A stretch of 64,000 bases of DNA from Arenimonas sp. (GCA_050737775.1 JBOHYH010000171.1:8300-72299), one strand, 5' to 3'; positions 44,173 to 55,740 are shown, numbered from the stretch's first letter. Translations and numbers: made by a program. Notes: generated from the sequence alone by a model not told the origin.

Positions 44173-45129
44173 TCACCAAGGCAATGCCGACAAATCCACA
44201 TTGCCACCAGTAATGATCATACCGATTTTTTTGTCCTGAAATTGTTTTTTGTTTTTAATGAGTGCCGCCAGCACGGTCGCACAGGAAGGCTCGACAAGAA
44301 TCTTCAGACGCTCCCACATCAATCGCAAGGCTTCAATGGTTTCCTGATCGGCCACGGTGAAAATTTCGATGTCATGTGCCTGCATGATCTGCAGATTGAT
44401 TTCGCCGACCGTGGCACGCAAGCCATCGCAAATCGTGTTCGATACGATATCGGTAATGCGCGTGTTCGCACGCAGTGATTCATAAGCATCGGCCGCCGCT
44501 TCGGGTTCGGCACCGATAACGCGGCAAATTTTTGACTTCCCGGCAACCGCGATGGCGGTACCGCTAATCAGACCGCCACCACCCACGGGCGCAATCATGA
44601 AATCCAGGGGCGGGGATTGTTGTAAACATTCCAGCGCGGCGGTGCCTTGTCCGGCAATAACATGGTGGTTCGTATACGGATGAATTAATACGGCACCCGT
44701 CGCTCGCTGGATTTTTTCAGCCGTGTCATCCCGGTCCTGCATGGTGTTGCCGCAAAACGTGATCTTGCCACCGGCTTGTTCAATAGCTTTAAGCTTGGCG
44801 GGATTCGCACCCTCCGGTACCACGACGTAAGCAGGAATATTTCTTGTTTTTGCCGCCAAGGCCAATGCTGCACCGTGGTTGCCTGACGAATGCGTTACTA
44901 CGCCGTTCGCTGCCGTCTGTGCGTCCAGGCTCCAGACTGCATTACAGGCACCTCGAAATTTGAAGGCCCCGGCTTTCTGGAAATTTTCGCATTTGAAAAA
45001 CAGTTCGGCCTCGACCAGATCATTCAACGACCTTGACTGCAGCACAGGCGTAACCTGCGCATAAGGCGCAATTCTTGCTGCCGCTGTCAGTACGTCGTCA
45101 AATTTCGGTATGTGTTTTTCAACAGCCAT
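44173..45129 (-). CDS. PLP-dependent serine/threonine dehydratase or racemase
   Basis: KCENFQKAGAFKFRGA; HSSGNHG; PVGGGGL. Confidence 0.92.
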   Translation of the reverse strand: MAVEKHIPKFDDVLTAAARIAPYAQVTPVLQSRSLNDLVEAELFFKCENFQKAGAFKFRGACNAVWSLDAQTAANGVVTHSSGNHGAALALAAKTRNIPAYVVVPEGANPAKLKAIEQAGGKITFCGNTMQDRDDTAEKIQRATGAVLIHPYTNHHVIAGQGTAALECLQQSPPLDFMIAPVGGGGLISGTAIAVAGKSKICRVIGAEPEAAADAYESLRANTRITDIVSNTICDGLRATVGEINLQIMQAHDIEIFTVADQETIEALRLMWERLKILVEPSCATVLAALIKNKKQFQDKKIGMIITGGNVDLSALPW

Positions 45130-46065
45130 TTATTGCTCCGCTTTTTTTTGTCCCGATAAACTGCTGAGGCATGATCCAACCACGACCAGTACTGCGCCAA
45201 TATAACCCAGCGTCGTCACGTGCTCCGATGCAATGCTGGTAGGCGATATTGAATGCACGATGGCAACGCAGGCCAAACATAGTAAAGGCGTCACCGCCAA
45301 AATAGCCGACACACGTGATGCCTGCCAGTGCACCAAAGCCTCGGCAAATGCACCATAGGCAACCAGTGTGTTGATCGCGCAATAAGCCAACGCCCAGGCA
45401 TGTTTTTCATCGAGTGCCAATATTTCCAGTGGATGGGAAAACGGCAGTAACAGCACACTGGCAGCGGCATAGATAAAAAATAAAATCGTCTGCGAACCCA
45501 GTCGTAAAAGTAATTGTTTCTGTATCAGCGCATAACCGGCCCACACGACCGCAGCAAAAATGACCGCGCCCGAGCCGATCAAGTAGGCCTGCGTTCCCAG
45601 TGCAGTGCCTTTGAGCTGATCGCTGAAAAACAGCACCAGGCCACAGGCGATAATCGCCAAGCCACACCATTGCCCGAATTGATACAGCTCGCGAAAAATA
45701 AAAATGCCGCCAAGCGCCATCAGCAAGGGCGCCAGCTGGATCAGCAATTGGGCATTCGCCGGCGTGGTGTATTGGACGCCCAGCAAATAGAAAACATAAT
45801 TGCCGATCAACAATAATGCCCCGGCACTCAGATGCCACCAGCGTTTGCCATCCAGCGATTTAAATACCGACAAACCGCCACGCCAACTTAGCCATGCCAA
45901 CATCACAATGGTCGCTACCAGAAAACGAAACCAGGTGAGCGTGATGGCATCGAGTTGTTCCAGCGTTATCTTCAAAGCGATTGGCAGGCTGGCCCAGCAG
46001 GCCGCAGTAACGAGCGCCAGAAATAGACCCAATCGCCAACGGCCCGATGCTTGATGTAAGGCCAT
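45130..46065 (-). CDS. DMT/EamA family transporter
   Basis: About ten TM segments with duplicated EamA pattern. Confidence 0.88.
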   Translation of the reverse strand: MALHQASGRWRLGLFLALVTAACWASLPIALKITLEQLDAITLTWFRFLVATIVMLAWLSWRGGLSVFKSLDGKRWWHLSAGALLLIGNYVFYLLGVQYTTPANAQLLIQLAPLLMALGGIFIFRELYQFGQWCGLAIIACGLVLFFSDQLKGTALGTQAYLIGSGAVIFAAVVWAGYALIQKQLLLRLGSQTILFFIYAAASVLLLPFSHPLEILALDEKHAWALAYCAINTLVAYGAFAEALVHWQASRVSAILAVTPLLCLACVAIVHSISPTSIASEHVTTLGYIGAVLVVVGSCLSSLSGQKKAEQ

Positions 46066-46180
46066 TTCGTGTCCTTTCCTACGCTGTGCTGCACATACTA
46101 ACATTCCGCCGTATTCAGCCCAGAGTTAAGTCCGTATTCACTCGGATTGCACGACACTGCAAGCCACTCTGGAGTCGCTT

Positions 46181-47233
46181 ATGAAAACCAAGCTCGCTAT
46201 TCTTGCCTTCTTTTTGCTCAGCAGCGCCGGCTGCGTGACGACCCGCTATACGAGCGACATCGTTTATCGGGATGGCAGTTATTATTCGCCAGCCGATGAG
46301 CAATACGGCGATTATTATTACGAGCCGGAGCCGGATTATTCCTATTACGCCGACGATTATTATTACGGCTTCAACTCGGGTTATTACGGCAGTCACAATT
46401 CGTATCGGTGTCGGTTTTCCTATCACCATGATCGTTACTGCAATAACGGCTGGGGCGGCTCTTATCTGAACTTTGGCGGGCTGAGCATTATTTTCGGTAA
46501 TTCGAATTACTACGGCTACCGTTATGGCTACCCAAGTTATGCTTATTCGGGTTATGGCTATCATGGTGGCTACCCCTATTCCGGCTGGCATTCGCCAAGG
46601 CCGCAGCCACATAACAACGATCCAATTCCGCGATCAAAGCCTCGGGCCAATTACCGAACCCCGGATCCCTACTACAGCAATGCCCCCGGCATGCGCGTTT
46701 CCGGCGAACCTATGCGCGTACAAACCAAGCCGGGCTTGTTGAATGAAAGCCCTGAACAAACCGTGGCAGAACCGCAAGACCAGCAAAATCGCAATCCTTA
46801 TACCCGGACCCGTCAGCCCAGGCCGAATATTCGCCCTGAAATATGGCGCGATGACCAACAGGCAGATGGCGCGATCCTTATACGTGACAATGACGGACCG
46901 CAAAGACGCAGCAAGCCTGCCTTGCTCAATGAGCAGGACGCTTATGTGCCGATTGAAAAACCCCTCCGGCAAAACCGCCGGCTGCAGCCCTATCCGATGC
47001 CGGTCGATCAATCGCGTGAACGCCAGCGGACACCGGTCATTGAGTATTCTGAGACTGCTCCGGTTGAACGGGTACGCAATGATAATCGCCAAGAACGCCC
47101 CACACCCCGAATTGAGCGACCTGAACGGGTCGAACGGGTCGAACGGGTCGAACGGGTCGAACGCAGCGATCGTTCAGGCTCTGGGCGTGCAGCAAACCGG
47201 GAAAATGGTGACGATGGCAATGGCTCGAATTAA
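46181..47233 (+). CDS. Putative lipoprotein with Tyr/Gly-rich N-half and disordered C-half
   Basis: Lipobox SAGC; YYYEP/YYYG runs; ERV repeats. Confidence 0.75.
   Translation: MKTKLAILAFFLLSSAGCVTTRYTSDIVYRDGSYYSPADEQYGDYYYEPEPDYSYYADDYYYGFNSGYYGSHNSYRCRFSYHHDRYCNNGWGGSYLNFGGLSIIFGNSNYYGYRYGYPSYAYSGYGYHGGYPYSGWHSPRPQPHNNDPIPRSKPRANYRTPDPYYSNAPGMRVSGEPMRVQTKPGLLNESPEQTVAEPQDQQNRNPYTRTRQPRPNIRPEIWRDDQQADGAILIRDNDGPQRRSKPALLNEQDAYVPIEKPLRQNRRLQPYPMPVDQSRERQRTPVIEYSETAPVERVRNDNRQERPTPRIERPERVERVERVERVERSDRSGSGRAANRENGDDGNGSN
47123..47163 (+). repeat. 9-bp tandem repeat (gaacgggtc x4 plus a partial copy), in frame
   Basis: Copies start at 47123, 47132, 47141 and 47150; encodes (ERV)n. Confidence 0.9.
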
Positions 47234-47396
47234 TTCGTGAGCATTCTGCTTTGATGTTAATGCGGCGTTATTGACACAATGTGTCGCTTTTTGACCTAAA
47301 CTTGGCATATCGCTTGTCTGGCGCTCGGCGTTGATTCCCCCGGATCGCCCCTGTTCCTAAAAGAATCGGCCCGAGTGCCAGCATTTTTGAAACATA

Positions 47397-47430
47397 AAAA
47401 AGGCCGGGAGCTCCCCCCGGAGCTCCCAGC
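47397..47430 (-). terminator. Intrinsic terminator on the minus strand with no upstream CDS
   Basis: GGCTGGGAGCTCC-GGGG-GGAGCTCCCGGCC followed by a T6 run. Confidence 0.65.
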
Positions 47431-47626
47431 CAGCATCCCCCTCATGGTTCTGTGTCGCCCCTGTTCAGTCGAAACAGGCATGTAGGGTGCCTAGCGATAA
47501 AAGCAGGATGTGTGCCAAAACCCTGTTAATACTTGTTAAAACTTGTGTCATGCAATTTCGTCGTCGGGCTGAATAAACTTCCCCAGATCCATACGCACTG
47601 TAGTCATCAGCAAGTAAAATAAACTC

Positions 47627-49510
47627 ATGAAAAACGATTTCTTCCACTACGATGTGATTGTGATTGGTGGCGGCCATGCCGGTACCGAAGCTGCACTAGC
47701 TTCGGCGCGCGCTGGCGCGCGTACTCTATTGCTCACTCACAGTATCGAAACCATCGGCCAAATGAGCTGCAATCCCGCCATTGGCGGAATCGGTAAAGGT
47801 CATTTGGTAAAGGAAATCGACGCCCTCGGCGGCGCCATGGCGCGCGCGACAGACCGGGCCGGTATTCAATGGCGCACACTCAATGCCAGCAAAGGCCCGG
47901 CCGTGCGTGCAACGCGGGCGCAAGCCGATCGCCAGCTCTATAAATCCGCCATTCGCCATATCGTTGAAACCCAGGAAAACCTGACCCTGTTTCAGGCCCA
48001 GGTCGACGACATCATATTTGAAAATGGTCATGTTGCTGCCGTCGTCACGCAAAGTGGTTTGCGTTTCAAGACAAAAGCCGCCGTACTCACTGCGGGCACA
48101 TTTCTGGCCGGCAAAATTCATATCGGCCTGACCAATTACGCCGGTGGCCGTGCCGGTGATCCACCGGCAATGACCCTAGCCGAAAAATTGCGTGATGGTC
48201 CGTTTGTTATCGATCGCCTGAAAACCGGTACGCCACCGCGTATCGATATTCGTTCGATCAATTTCGAAGGCCTGGAAGAACAACCGGGCGACACGCCGAT
48301 TCCGACCATGAGCTTTATCGGTAACAAGAGCGAACATCCACGACAAATTTCCTGCTGGATCACACACACCTCAGAACAAACTCACGAAATTATTCGTGGC
48401 GGGCTTGATCGATCGCCCATGTATTCCGGCGTGATCGAAGGCGTAGGTCCGCGTTATTGCCCAAGCATCGAAGACAAGGTCGTTCGTTTTGCCGACAAGA
48501 ATTCGCACCAGATTTTTATCGAACCGGAAGGCCTGGATACCTTCGAAATTTATCCAAACGGCATTTCGACCTCATTGCCATTCGATGTGCAGTTCGCGCT
48601 TGTGCGTTCAATCAAGGGTTTTGAAAATGCCCATATCACACGCCCGGGTTATGCCATCGAATACGATTATTTCGATCCGCGCGGTTTGAAAGCATCGCTG
48701 GAAACCAAAGGCATCAACGGTCTGTTTTTTGCCGGCCAAATCAATGGCACCACCGGTTACGAAGAAGCAGGTGCACAGGGCTTGATAGCGGGTTTGAACG
48801 CCGCTCGCCTGACGCAGGACAAACCCGCGTGGACGCCACGCCGCGACGAAGCTTATATCGGCGTATTGATTGACGATTTGATTACCCACGGCACCACCGA
48901 GCCGTATCGCATGTTCACCTCGCGTGCCGAATATCGTCTGCAGTTGCGCGAAGACAATGCCGATACCCGCCTGACTGAAATCGGTCATCAAATGGGTATC
49001 GTCGATGAACAACGCTGGTCGGCATTTGCACGCAAAGCCGAGGCTGTAAAAACCGAAACCGAACGCCTGAATAAACTATGGGCGACGCCGGGCAATGCCT
49101 TGGGTGCTGCGGTTCAAGCGCAATTGAATGTCCCGATTACCCGTGAATGCAATGTGCTGGATTTGATCAAGCGCCCGGAAATCACTTATGCGAGTTTGAT
49201 GTCCGTCGCTGATCTGGGCCCGGGCGTGAGCGATGGAAAAGTGGCTGAACAAATCGAAATCAGCGTGAAGTATTCTGGCTATCTGGATCGTCAAAGAGAA
49301 GATATCGAACGTCAGCGCCGTCATGAAGACACGGCCATTCCGGTCGATTTCGACTATCAAACCATCTCGGGTCTGGGCAATGAACTCGAATCCAAATTAA
49401 TGAAAGTACGACCGGAAACCGTGGGCCAGGCTCAGCGCATTCCCGGCATGACACCGGCAGCCATTTCGCTCTTGCTGGTCACATTGAGTAAACGCCGTCG
49501 GGTTGCCTGA
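47627..49510 (+). CDS. mnmG: tRNA uridine-5-carboxymethylaminomethyl modification enzyme
   Basis: [12 protein letters not shown]; [15 protein letters not shown]; [11 protein letters not shown]; [12 protein letters not shown]. Confidence 0.98.
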   Translation: MKNDFFHYDVIVIGGGHAGTEAALASARAGARTLLLTHSIETIGQMSCNPAIGGIGKGHLVKEIDALGGAMARATDRAGIQWRTLNASKGPAVRATRAQADRQLYKSAIRHIVETQENLTLFQAQVDDIIFENGHVAAVVTQSGLRFKTKAAVLTAGTFLAGKIHIGLTNYAGGRAGDPPAMTLAEKLRDGPFVIDRLKTGTPPRIDIRSINFEGLEEQPGDTPIPTMSFIGNKSEHPRQISCWITHTSEQTHEIIRGGLDRSPMYSGVIEGVGPRYCPSIEDKVVRFADKNSHQIFIEPEGLDTFEIYPNGISTSLPFDVQFALVRSIKGFENAHITRPGYAIEYDYFDPRGLKASLETKGINGLFFAGQINGTTGYEEAGAQGLIAGLNAARLTQDKPAWTPRRDEAYIGVLIDDLITHGTTEPYRMFTSRAEYRLQLREDNADTRLTEIGHQMGIVDEQRWSAFARKAEAVKTETERLNKLWATPGNALGAAVQAQLNVPITRECNVLDLIKRPEITYASLMSVADLGPGVSDGKVAEQIEISVKYSGYLDRQREDIERQRRHEDTAIPVDFDYQTISGLGNELESKLMKVRPETVGQAQRIPGMTPAAISLLLVTLSKRRRVA

Positions 49511-49746
49511 AGCAAACGACCGCTTTAAAGCTGCCTATTGCAAAAAAATAGGCCTGATCGGGAAATAAATCGCAAAAAAACCACCTACGCAGTGGTATGG
49601 CGGCGAAAGTTCAATTAAAGTTAAGACTCTAACCGAGGCTCACCTCGGAGGTGGGCCGAAACGGACACGGGGGAGGGATTTACTGCAAAGTGAATCGGAA
49701 CCGTCATGTGGTGCTCAACATTTTTTTACATGCTCAGGAGTTCATC

Positions 49747-51645
49747 ATGCCCCGTATTTCCCATCTCGCCGCTGCTTGTGCTTTAGCCTTATCCGCTCAA
49801 GCTGCTCAGGCCCAACAATTTTCTGGTGTTATCAGTTTTGGTGACAGCCTGACCGATGCCGGCAACGTATCGACTATTGATGGAAACCCTGCAACCGTAG
49901 CAGGCAACAGCTTTACAACCAATAACGACCTCGTTGCTGCGCAACTTATTGCTGGCGCATTCGGTTTCAATCAACAGCATTCGGTAATCGGTGGCACCAA
50001 CTATGCCTGGGGCGGCTCCTGCGCCCAGTTCGCAACCTCGGCAACCACCCCGCTATGCGTTGCCCAACCCATCGCCGTCGGTCCGAACCTGTTTTACTTT
50101 GCCCGTCTTAATCAGCAAATTGCCCAGCATCTCAATGGCGGCAGAGCCGACTCAAACGCTCTTTATACCGTCTTGAGTGGTGCCAATGACATTTTTGCCA
50201 ACCTGGCGATCTGGGGTTCCGACCCTAATCCTGCGATAGCGCAAGCAACGATCAGGGCTCGAGCAGGCGATGTAGGTACTGCCGTGCTGACCAATGTAAC
50301 TACTCTAGAAACCGCTGGTGCGCGTTACATTGTGGTCTTTAACCTGCCCGATCTTGCCCGTACTCCGCAATTCAATACACTACCGGCGGCTCAACAAGGC
50401 GCAGCCAATCTGGCCTCGATCAGTTACAACGAAGCCCTAAATGCCGGTCTGGCCGGTCGTCAAAACATTATTCCAATCAATACCTTTGCGCTGGTAAATG
50501 AAGCGATTGCCAATCCGGCCTATTTCGGATTTACCAACGTCACGACTGTCGCATGTATTGGCGGCAGTTCACTGGCTTGCGGCGCCGCAGGCTCGGGCAA
50601 CCCTATCAACTACGCTGCTGGCACCAATAATACTTTCCTCTTTGCCGATCCCGTCCATCCGACCGGTGCAGGTCACCGTTTGTTGGCGAACGTGGTAGTA
50701 GCGACGCTTAAGGCCCCGGGCCAAGTCTCGCTTGCAGGCGAACTTCCATTACAGGTTTACGAGGACCATAGCGGTGCGATTGGTCAAGCCATGTTGAGCA
50801 ACAAGGTCGGTGAAGCAGAAGTCGGTACTTCGCGCGGCTTCTTCCAAGCGCAATTCGGTAATCAGGATTACGAAGCTACCGTCAACTCGCCTGGCTTGAG
50901 CACCAATAGCAATACCTTCACCGGCGGTTTTGAGTATCAATACAGCGAAGGCCTTAGCTTCGGTGCGGCTGTCAGCTTGGGTGGTTCGAACGGTGATTTC
51001 AGTGGCGGCGACATCGACGGCCAGGAAGTGCTGGGTTCGGTCTTTGCTACTGCGCATTTCGGCAAGGGCTATCTGAACAGTGTTTTATCCCTGGGTAGTA
51101 GCAGCATCGACATCAGTCGTCAAATCGTGCTTGGTCCATCGACCAGAGTTGAAGAAGGCAATGCCCGCGCTTCGCACAAGGCGTTTGAATTGGGCGGCGG
51201 CATCCTGTTTGGCGATACCCTGCGTCATGGTCCATTCCTCAGCGTCGCCTGGCAAAAAGTCGGTGTAGACGGCTACGATGAAAACGGTGGTGGCTCGACC
51301 TCGATGCGTTTCGACGGTTTTGATCGTGATTCCCTGATTGGCCGTATCGGTTACCAGTTGCAAGGTAACTTCGGCGGTGATCGCTCGATTCGTCCAACCC
51401 TGCGTGTCGCCTATGCTAGCGAAAACGAAGATGATGCCGTCAATGTCACCGCTGGCTCGACCTCGATGAACGGTCAATTCACGCTCGCCGGTATCGCTCC
51501 TTCGGAAGACTGGATTGAAGCAGACCTGAGCATCAATGTTGAATTCACCGATAAAGTTGAAGGTTTCCTCGGTTATCACGGTCGTTTAAGCGATGATAAT
51601 CAGGACAACAACAGCTTTAATCTCGGCGTCAATGTTGCTTTTTGA
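49747..51645 (+). CDS. GDSL esterase autotransporter (EstA-like)
   Basis: FGDSLTDAG; GANDI; FADPVHP; C-terminal autotransporter beta-barrel ending in F. Confidence 0.92.
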   Translation: MPRISHLAAACALALSAQAAQAQQFSGVISFGDSLTDAGNVSTIDGNPATVAGNSFTTNNDLVAAQLIAGAFGFNQQHSVIGGTNYAWGGSCAQFATSATTPLCVAQPIAVGPNLFYFARLNQQIAQHLNGGRADSNALYTVLSGANDIFANLAIWGSDPNPAIAQATIRARAGDVGTAVLTNVTTLETAGARYIVVFNLPDLARTPQFNTLPAAQQGAANLASISYNEALNAGLAGRQNIIPINTFALVNEAIANPAYFGFTNVTTVACIGGSSLACGAAGSGNPINYAAGTNNTFLFADPVHPTGAGHRLLANVVVATLKAPGQVSLAGELPLQVYEDHSGAIGQAMLSNKVGEAEVGTSRGFFQAQFGNQDYEATVNSPGLSTNSNTFTGGFEYQYSEGLSFGAAVSLGGSNGDFSGGDIDGQEVLGSVFATAHFGKGYLNSVLSLGSSSIDISRQIVLGPSTRVEEGNARASHKAFELGGGILFGDTLRHGPFLSVAWQKVGVDGYDENGGGSTSMRFDGFDRDSLIGRIGYQLQGNFGGDRSIRPTLRVAYASENEDDAVNVTAGSTSMNGQFTLAGIAPSEDWIEADLSINVEFTDKVEGFLGYHGRLSDDNQDNNSFNLGVNVAF

Positions 51646-51666
51646 TTAGTGCTCTAGAAGCAAATA

Positions 51667-51692
51667 AAAAGCCGCCTTCGGGCGGCTTTTTT
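51667..51692. terminator. Bidirectional intrinsic terminator
   Basis: aaaagccgcc-ttcg-ggcggctttttt. Confidence 0.85.
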
Positions 51693-52100
51693 ATGGCTGA
51701 ATGGGTGACACTTTGTTGTTTGCAGCCGTTTTTCTCGGCTTATGAATTCTTTGAAATTGACGTTATCCAAGTATCAGTATCGACCCTAGTTGAAGGCAAT
51801 ATTGAAGCGCAGCGTTTTCACTGCGCGCGGGCGGAAGCTGGCTTTCAACAGCAAAACTAGTCAAACAGCGCTCTTGCTTTTAAGAGCTTCTGGAGATAAC
51901 AGCTTTTCACGAATATTAAATTGCCACGGTGAACGGGGTCGTCAGATGCGAACACTCTATCGGGGGAGTTTTCGGATCTGAAAGGCCTTCTCCCAAAACG
52001 CATTTTCGTAACAACGGCCCCTTGCTGATCGCCTGACTGGCTTTTCTATGCGGGACTCGTTTGTCGCTCTTTCTGAGGATGGCATTTTAATCCGGACAAT

Positions 52101-52132
52101 AAAAAGCCGGGCCTCTTGCAAGGCCCGGCTTT
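52101..52132 (-). terminator. Intrinsic terminator of the adhesin gene
   Basis: aaagccgggcct-cttgca-aggcccggcttt with an A-run on the plus strand. Confidence 0.8.
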
Positions 52133-52148
52133 CATATGGACTAAGCCA

Positions 52149-55100
52149 TTACCAGCCGAACGATGCGCCTGCACCGGTCGCTGTTTTATCACCGTCAAAT
52201 GCTGCGCCGAAGCTGATGGTAACGCTGTCGGACAACGTGCGTTGGAAGCCCAAGGCAAAAGCGGTTTGACCGCCGTAGTTACCCAAGCCCACTGCCAAAC
52301 GGTTGTCTTTATCGTTACCCGAAGCAGCAGCGGTCATCTGCGCCATTGCTGCAGACATTGCACCGACTTGATCAACGCGCTTATCAAGCCCTGCGAGTTT
52401 GCCCTCGAAAACATCCAGCTGATCCTGGAAGCCATCGAGCTGAATCACGATGCCGGCTACTTGCGAATTGGTGTAGTTGTTCGCGGCAACCAAAACAGCG
52501 GCATCAGCGGATTGCATTTGATTCAAGTTGACTGCGTCGGTACCTTGAGTCGCTGCTGCCACGTTGATGATTTGGCGTTCGGTTCCGATGCCACCTACCG
52601 AAACCGTGTTGGCACGCGCTCCTGTCGTGGAACCTGTACCAATCGCCACGCTGTTCGCTGACGATGCTGTTGCACCGGCACCTATGGCCGTACTTCCCGC
52701 ACCGCTGGCAACACTGTTTGCACCGACTGCAGTGCTATTGGCCGTGGCAGCCTGGGCATTTGCACCTACCGCAGAACTGTTGGCTCCAACAGCATCCGCA
52801 CTGAAACCAATGGCTGAACTATTGGCGCCACTTGCATTGCTGTTGTTACCCGTCGCTACTGCATTGTTATTGGCAAAACTATAAGCACCCGAAGCAACCG
52901 AGTTGTTCGTAGCTGTGCTGTAATAGCCCGTTGCGGTCGAGGAAACATCTGCGGCAGAGTAAGCGCCAGTAGCTGTTGAATAGGCTCCTGCCGTACTTTC
53001 CGTACCGGTAGCTGTCGCGTAAATGCCGGTTGCCTGACTCAATGCACCGGTAGCCGTAGCTCCTTGTGCCAGCGCCGAGCTACCTGCGCCGGTGGCTGTC
53101 GAGTACAGTGAGTTGGCTATCGAGAATGCACCTGAAGCCGTACTAAAGTCGCCGCTGGCACTGCTTCCGGCACCCGTTGCGCTTGCATAGGCACCGGCCG
53201 CCGAACTGAAGGCGCCGGTAGCATTGCTGTAATCACCCGTAGCACTTGCGTAGGCACCAAGTGCCGTACTGTATTGACCCACTGCAGAGCTACTGTCACC
53301 GACTGCAGTACTCGAAGTGCCGCCGGCATAGGAGAACGAACCGAGAGCGATCGCGAAATCACCCGAGGCATAGCTGAAACGACCAACAGCGGTTGCATCA
53401 AAGCCGGTAGCCGAGCTGCGGGAGCCGACTGCCGTTGAACCAAAAGCGTAGGCTGAGCTGTAGGCGCCAAATGCCGAGCTGTTATCACCCGCAGCATTGG
53501 CATAAAAACCGCTGGCATTCGAGTAAGCACCCGAAGCATTGCTCAATGCACCGCTTGCGTTGGACAAATCACCCGTTGCACTTGCGTAGGCACCGTTGGC
53601 AGTACTACCCAAACCAGAGGCCAAGCTATAAGCACCGGTCGCGGTAGAGAAAGCATAAGTGGCCTGGGAACCAACACCTGACGCAGTCGAGTAAATACCC
53701 GAAGCTAAGCTAGAGGCACCAGTCGCGGTCGCGCCATTGGCAATTGCCTGGCTGCCAGTACCCACGGCGCTGCTATTGATGCCCGAAGCCAGACTGTTTG
53801 CACCAAATGCGCTGGCACCGTCGGCTGTGGCTTGGCTATTTGTACCAATAGCGCTGCTATTAATACCGGAAGCACTGCTGTTGGCACCGAAAGCACTGGC
53901 GCCGTCGGCAAGTGCATCGGCACTGAAACCGACTGCACTTGAGTTCAGACTAGTCGCCGTGCTGTAAGCACCAATCGCACTGCTGTTAATACCGGTGGCG
54001 GTACTGTAGTAACCGATTGCCGAAGCATTGGCACCAACGGCACCGGCGTACGCACCCACTGCAGTAGCGCCGACACCATTGGCGAGCGCATAAGCACCTA
54101 TGGCACTGCTGTAGTTTCCGTTCGCGCTGCTATAGGCACCAATAGCGCTGCTATTCACACCGGTTGCTGTGCTGTAATAACCAATTGCTGAAGCATTATT
54201 TCCCACGGCTGCCGAGTAAGCACCTACTGCTGTGGCACCCACGCCATTGGCAACGGAATACGCGCCAACGGCCGTGCTGTAAACGCCAATGGCCGTGCTA
54301 TTGGCACCGATTGCCGTGCTGTTGACATCAGTCGCCGTACTGTAATAACCCACTGCCGTACTGTTCACTGCATTGGCAACACTGTAAGCACCGAACGCCG
54401 AAGCTCCGTCAGCATTTGCCTGACTGAAGGCACCCACTGCACTGCTGTAATTGCCAGTAGCGCTGCTGTAATTGCCGGTTGCCACGCTGTAATTGCCAGT
54501 GGCAGTGCTGTAGTTGCCTACGGCAACCGAACCATTGGTTGCCGTGCTGTAAGCACCTACTGCGTTGGAAAAGTTTGATGCGGTACTGTAAAGACCGGTG
54601 GCTGTCGAACCATAACTGGCATTGGCGCCATAACCGGTGGCCGAGGAGCCATAAATCGCATAACTGCCGTTGCCGGTCGCCGTGGAGTAGAGCGCGGCAA
54701 AAGAATTATTACCGGTCGCGGTCGAATAGAACGCGGCATAGGCATTGTTACCGGTAGCGGTAGAGTAAATTCCAGCGATCGCACCGTCACCAATTGCCGA
54801 CGAGGCATAAATCGCATAACTATTATTGCCTACGGCGTTGGAAGCGTACGCGGCGTAGCTGTTGTTACCCGTCGCATTAGATCCGTAAATGGCCGTACTG
54901 CCATTGCCGATAGCGTTGGAATTGTTGCTGGCATTGCTGCCGCTGCCGACGGCATTGGAGGCATAACTGGCATTGCTGCCATTACCGGTAGCGCTGGAAT
55001 AACTATAAGCACTGGCACCGTTGCCTATCGCGCTGGAGTAATTGCCGGCAAAACTGTTGTTGCCCGCAGCCACCGAGCTACCGTAAGCCAGGCTGTTTAC

Positions 55101-55391
55101 GCCAGTGGCGGTTGAGCCGCCCGAAGCATCACTTTGATAACCCGTCGCCGTAGAGTCGCCGGTCGCATTGCTGTACGAACCGATGGCGGTACTATAATTG
55201 CCCGCTGCATTTGCTGCGTAACCGCAGGCGAGTGAATAGGTGCCTGAGGAAGTCGCTCCCCCGTTACCGCCACCATTTAAATCACAGGTATCGCCAGCAT
55301 GTGCAACCTGAATAGAAAGCCCTATTAATACTGCAGCAACCAATTGTTGGCGAATCGTCGCCCGGCGCGGATTAAACTTTTGACGCTTCAT
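52149..55391 (-). CDS. Trimeric autotransporter adhesin (YadA/XadA-like)
   Basis: Long array of A.G..S.A head repeats; neck RQIINVAAATQGTDAVNLNQ; anchor GAMSAAMA...AVGLGNY.G..A.A.G...W. Confidence 0.93.
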   Translation of the reverse strand: MKRQKFNPRRATIRQQLVAAVLIGLSIQVAHAGDTCDLNGGGNGGATSSGTYSLACGYAANAAGNYSTAIGSYSNATGDSTATGYQSDASGGSTATGVNSLAYGSSVAAGNNSFAGNYSSAIGNGASAYSYSSATGNGSNASYASNAVGSGSNASNNSNAIGNGSTAIYGSNATGNNSYAAYASNAVGNNSYAIYASSAIGDGAIAGIYSTATGNNAYAAFYSTATGNNSFAALYSTATGNGSYAIYGSSATGYGANASYGSTATGLYSTASNFSNAVGAYSTATNGSVAVGNYSTATGNYSVATGNYSSATGNYSSAVGAFSQANADGASAFGAYSVANAVNSTAVGYYSTATDVNSTAIGANSTAIGVYSTAVGAYSVANGVGATAVGAYSAAVGNNASAIGYYSTATGVNSSAIGAYSSANGNYSSAIGAYALANGVGATAVGAYAGAVGANASAIGYYSTATGINSSAIGAYSTATSLNSSAVGFSADALADGASAFGANSSASGINSSAIGTNSQATADGASAFGANSLASGINSSAVGTGSQAIANGATATGASSLASGIYSTASGVGSQATYAFSTATGAYSLASGLGSTANGAYASATGDLSNASGALSNASGAYSNASGFYANAAGDNSSAFGAYSSAYAFGSTAVGSRSSATGFDATAVGRFSYASGDFAIALGSFSYAGGTSSTAVGDSSSAVGQYSTALGAYASATGDYSNATGAFSSAAGAYASATGAGSSASGDFSTASGAFSIANSLYSTATGAGSSALAQGATATGALSQATGIYATATGTESTAGAYSTATGAYSAADVSSTATGYYSTATNNSVASGAYSFANNNAVATGNNSNASGANSSAIGFSADAVGANSSAVGANAQAATANSTAVGANSVASGAGSTAIGAGATASSANSVAIGTGSTTGARANTVSVGGIGTERQIINVAAATQGTDAVNLNQMQSADAAVLVAANNYTNSQVAGIVIQLDGFQDQLDVFEGKLAGLDKRVDQVGAMSAAMAQMTAAASGNDKDNRLAVGLGNYGGQTAFALGFQRTLSDSVTISFGAAFDGDKTATGAGASFGW

Positions 55392-55740
55392 ATATGCAGC
55401 CCCCTGATTAAAATGTGACGTGCTTCGCAAAACGCACGAACCCTTAATGTAACGTTAATTGATATCCCGAGTAAATGCTTTAACTGTTAATTCTTATAAG
55501 TCACGATGCTAGGCCATCTTATGCAGCATTTGTGTGACCAAATCCGTGAAAACGATCTTTAAGCATTCAGGTTGACCGACAACTGACAATAAGCGAATGC
55601 AATATCACACCTTTGGTAATGTGGACGTATTTCCAACCCGATACAGGTCAAACCGGCAAAGCCAGTCAAATCGTTCCAGTTTCAGGTCCTGCCAATTTGC
55701 TTTATGGTGTCGTTCCTGTTCAAGCGAGTGACCCGTCCAA

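Noticed and set aside
52346-55018. Multiple plus-strand and alternate-frame ORFs across the adhesin, and similar shadow ORFs over RHS, the TonB receptor and hrpB
   Set aside because: Antisense or frame-shifted shadows of long repetitive genes, with no RBS or domain signal
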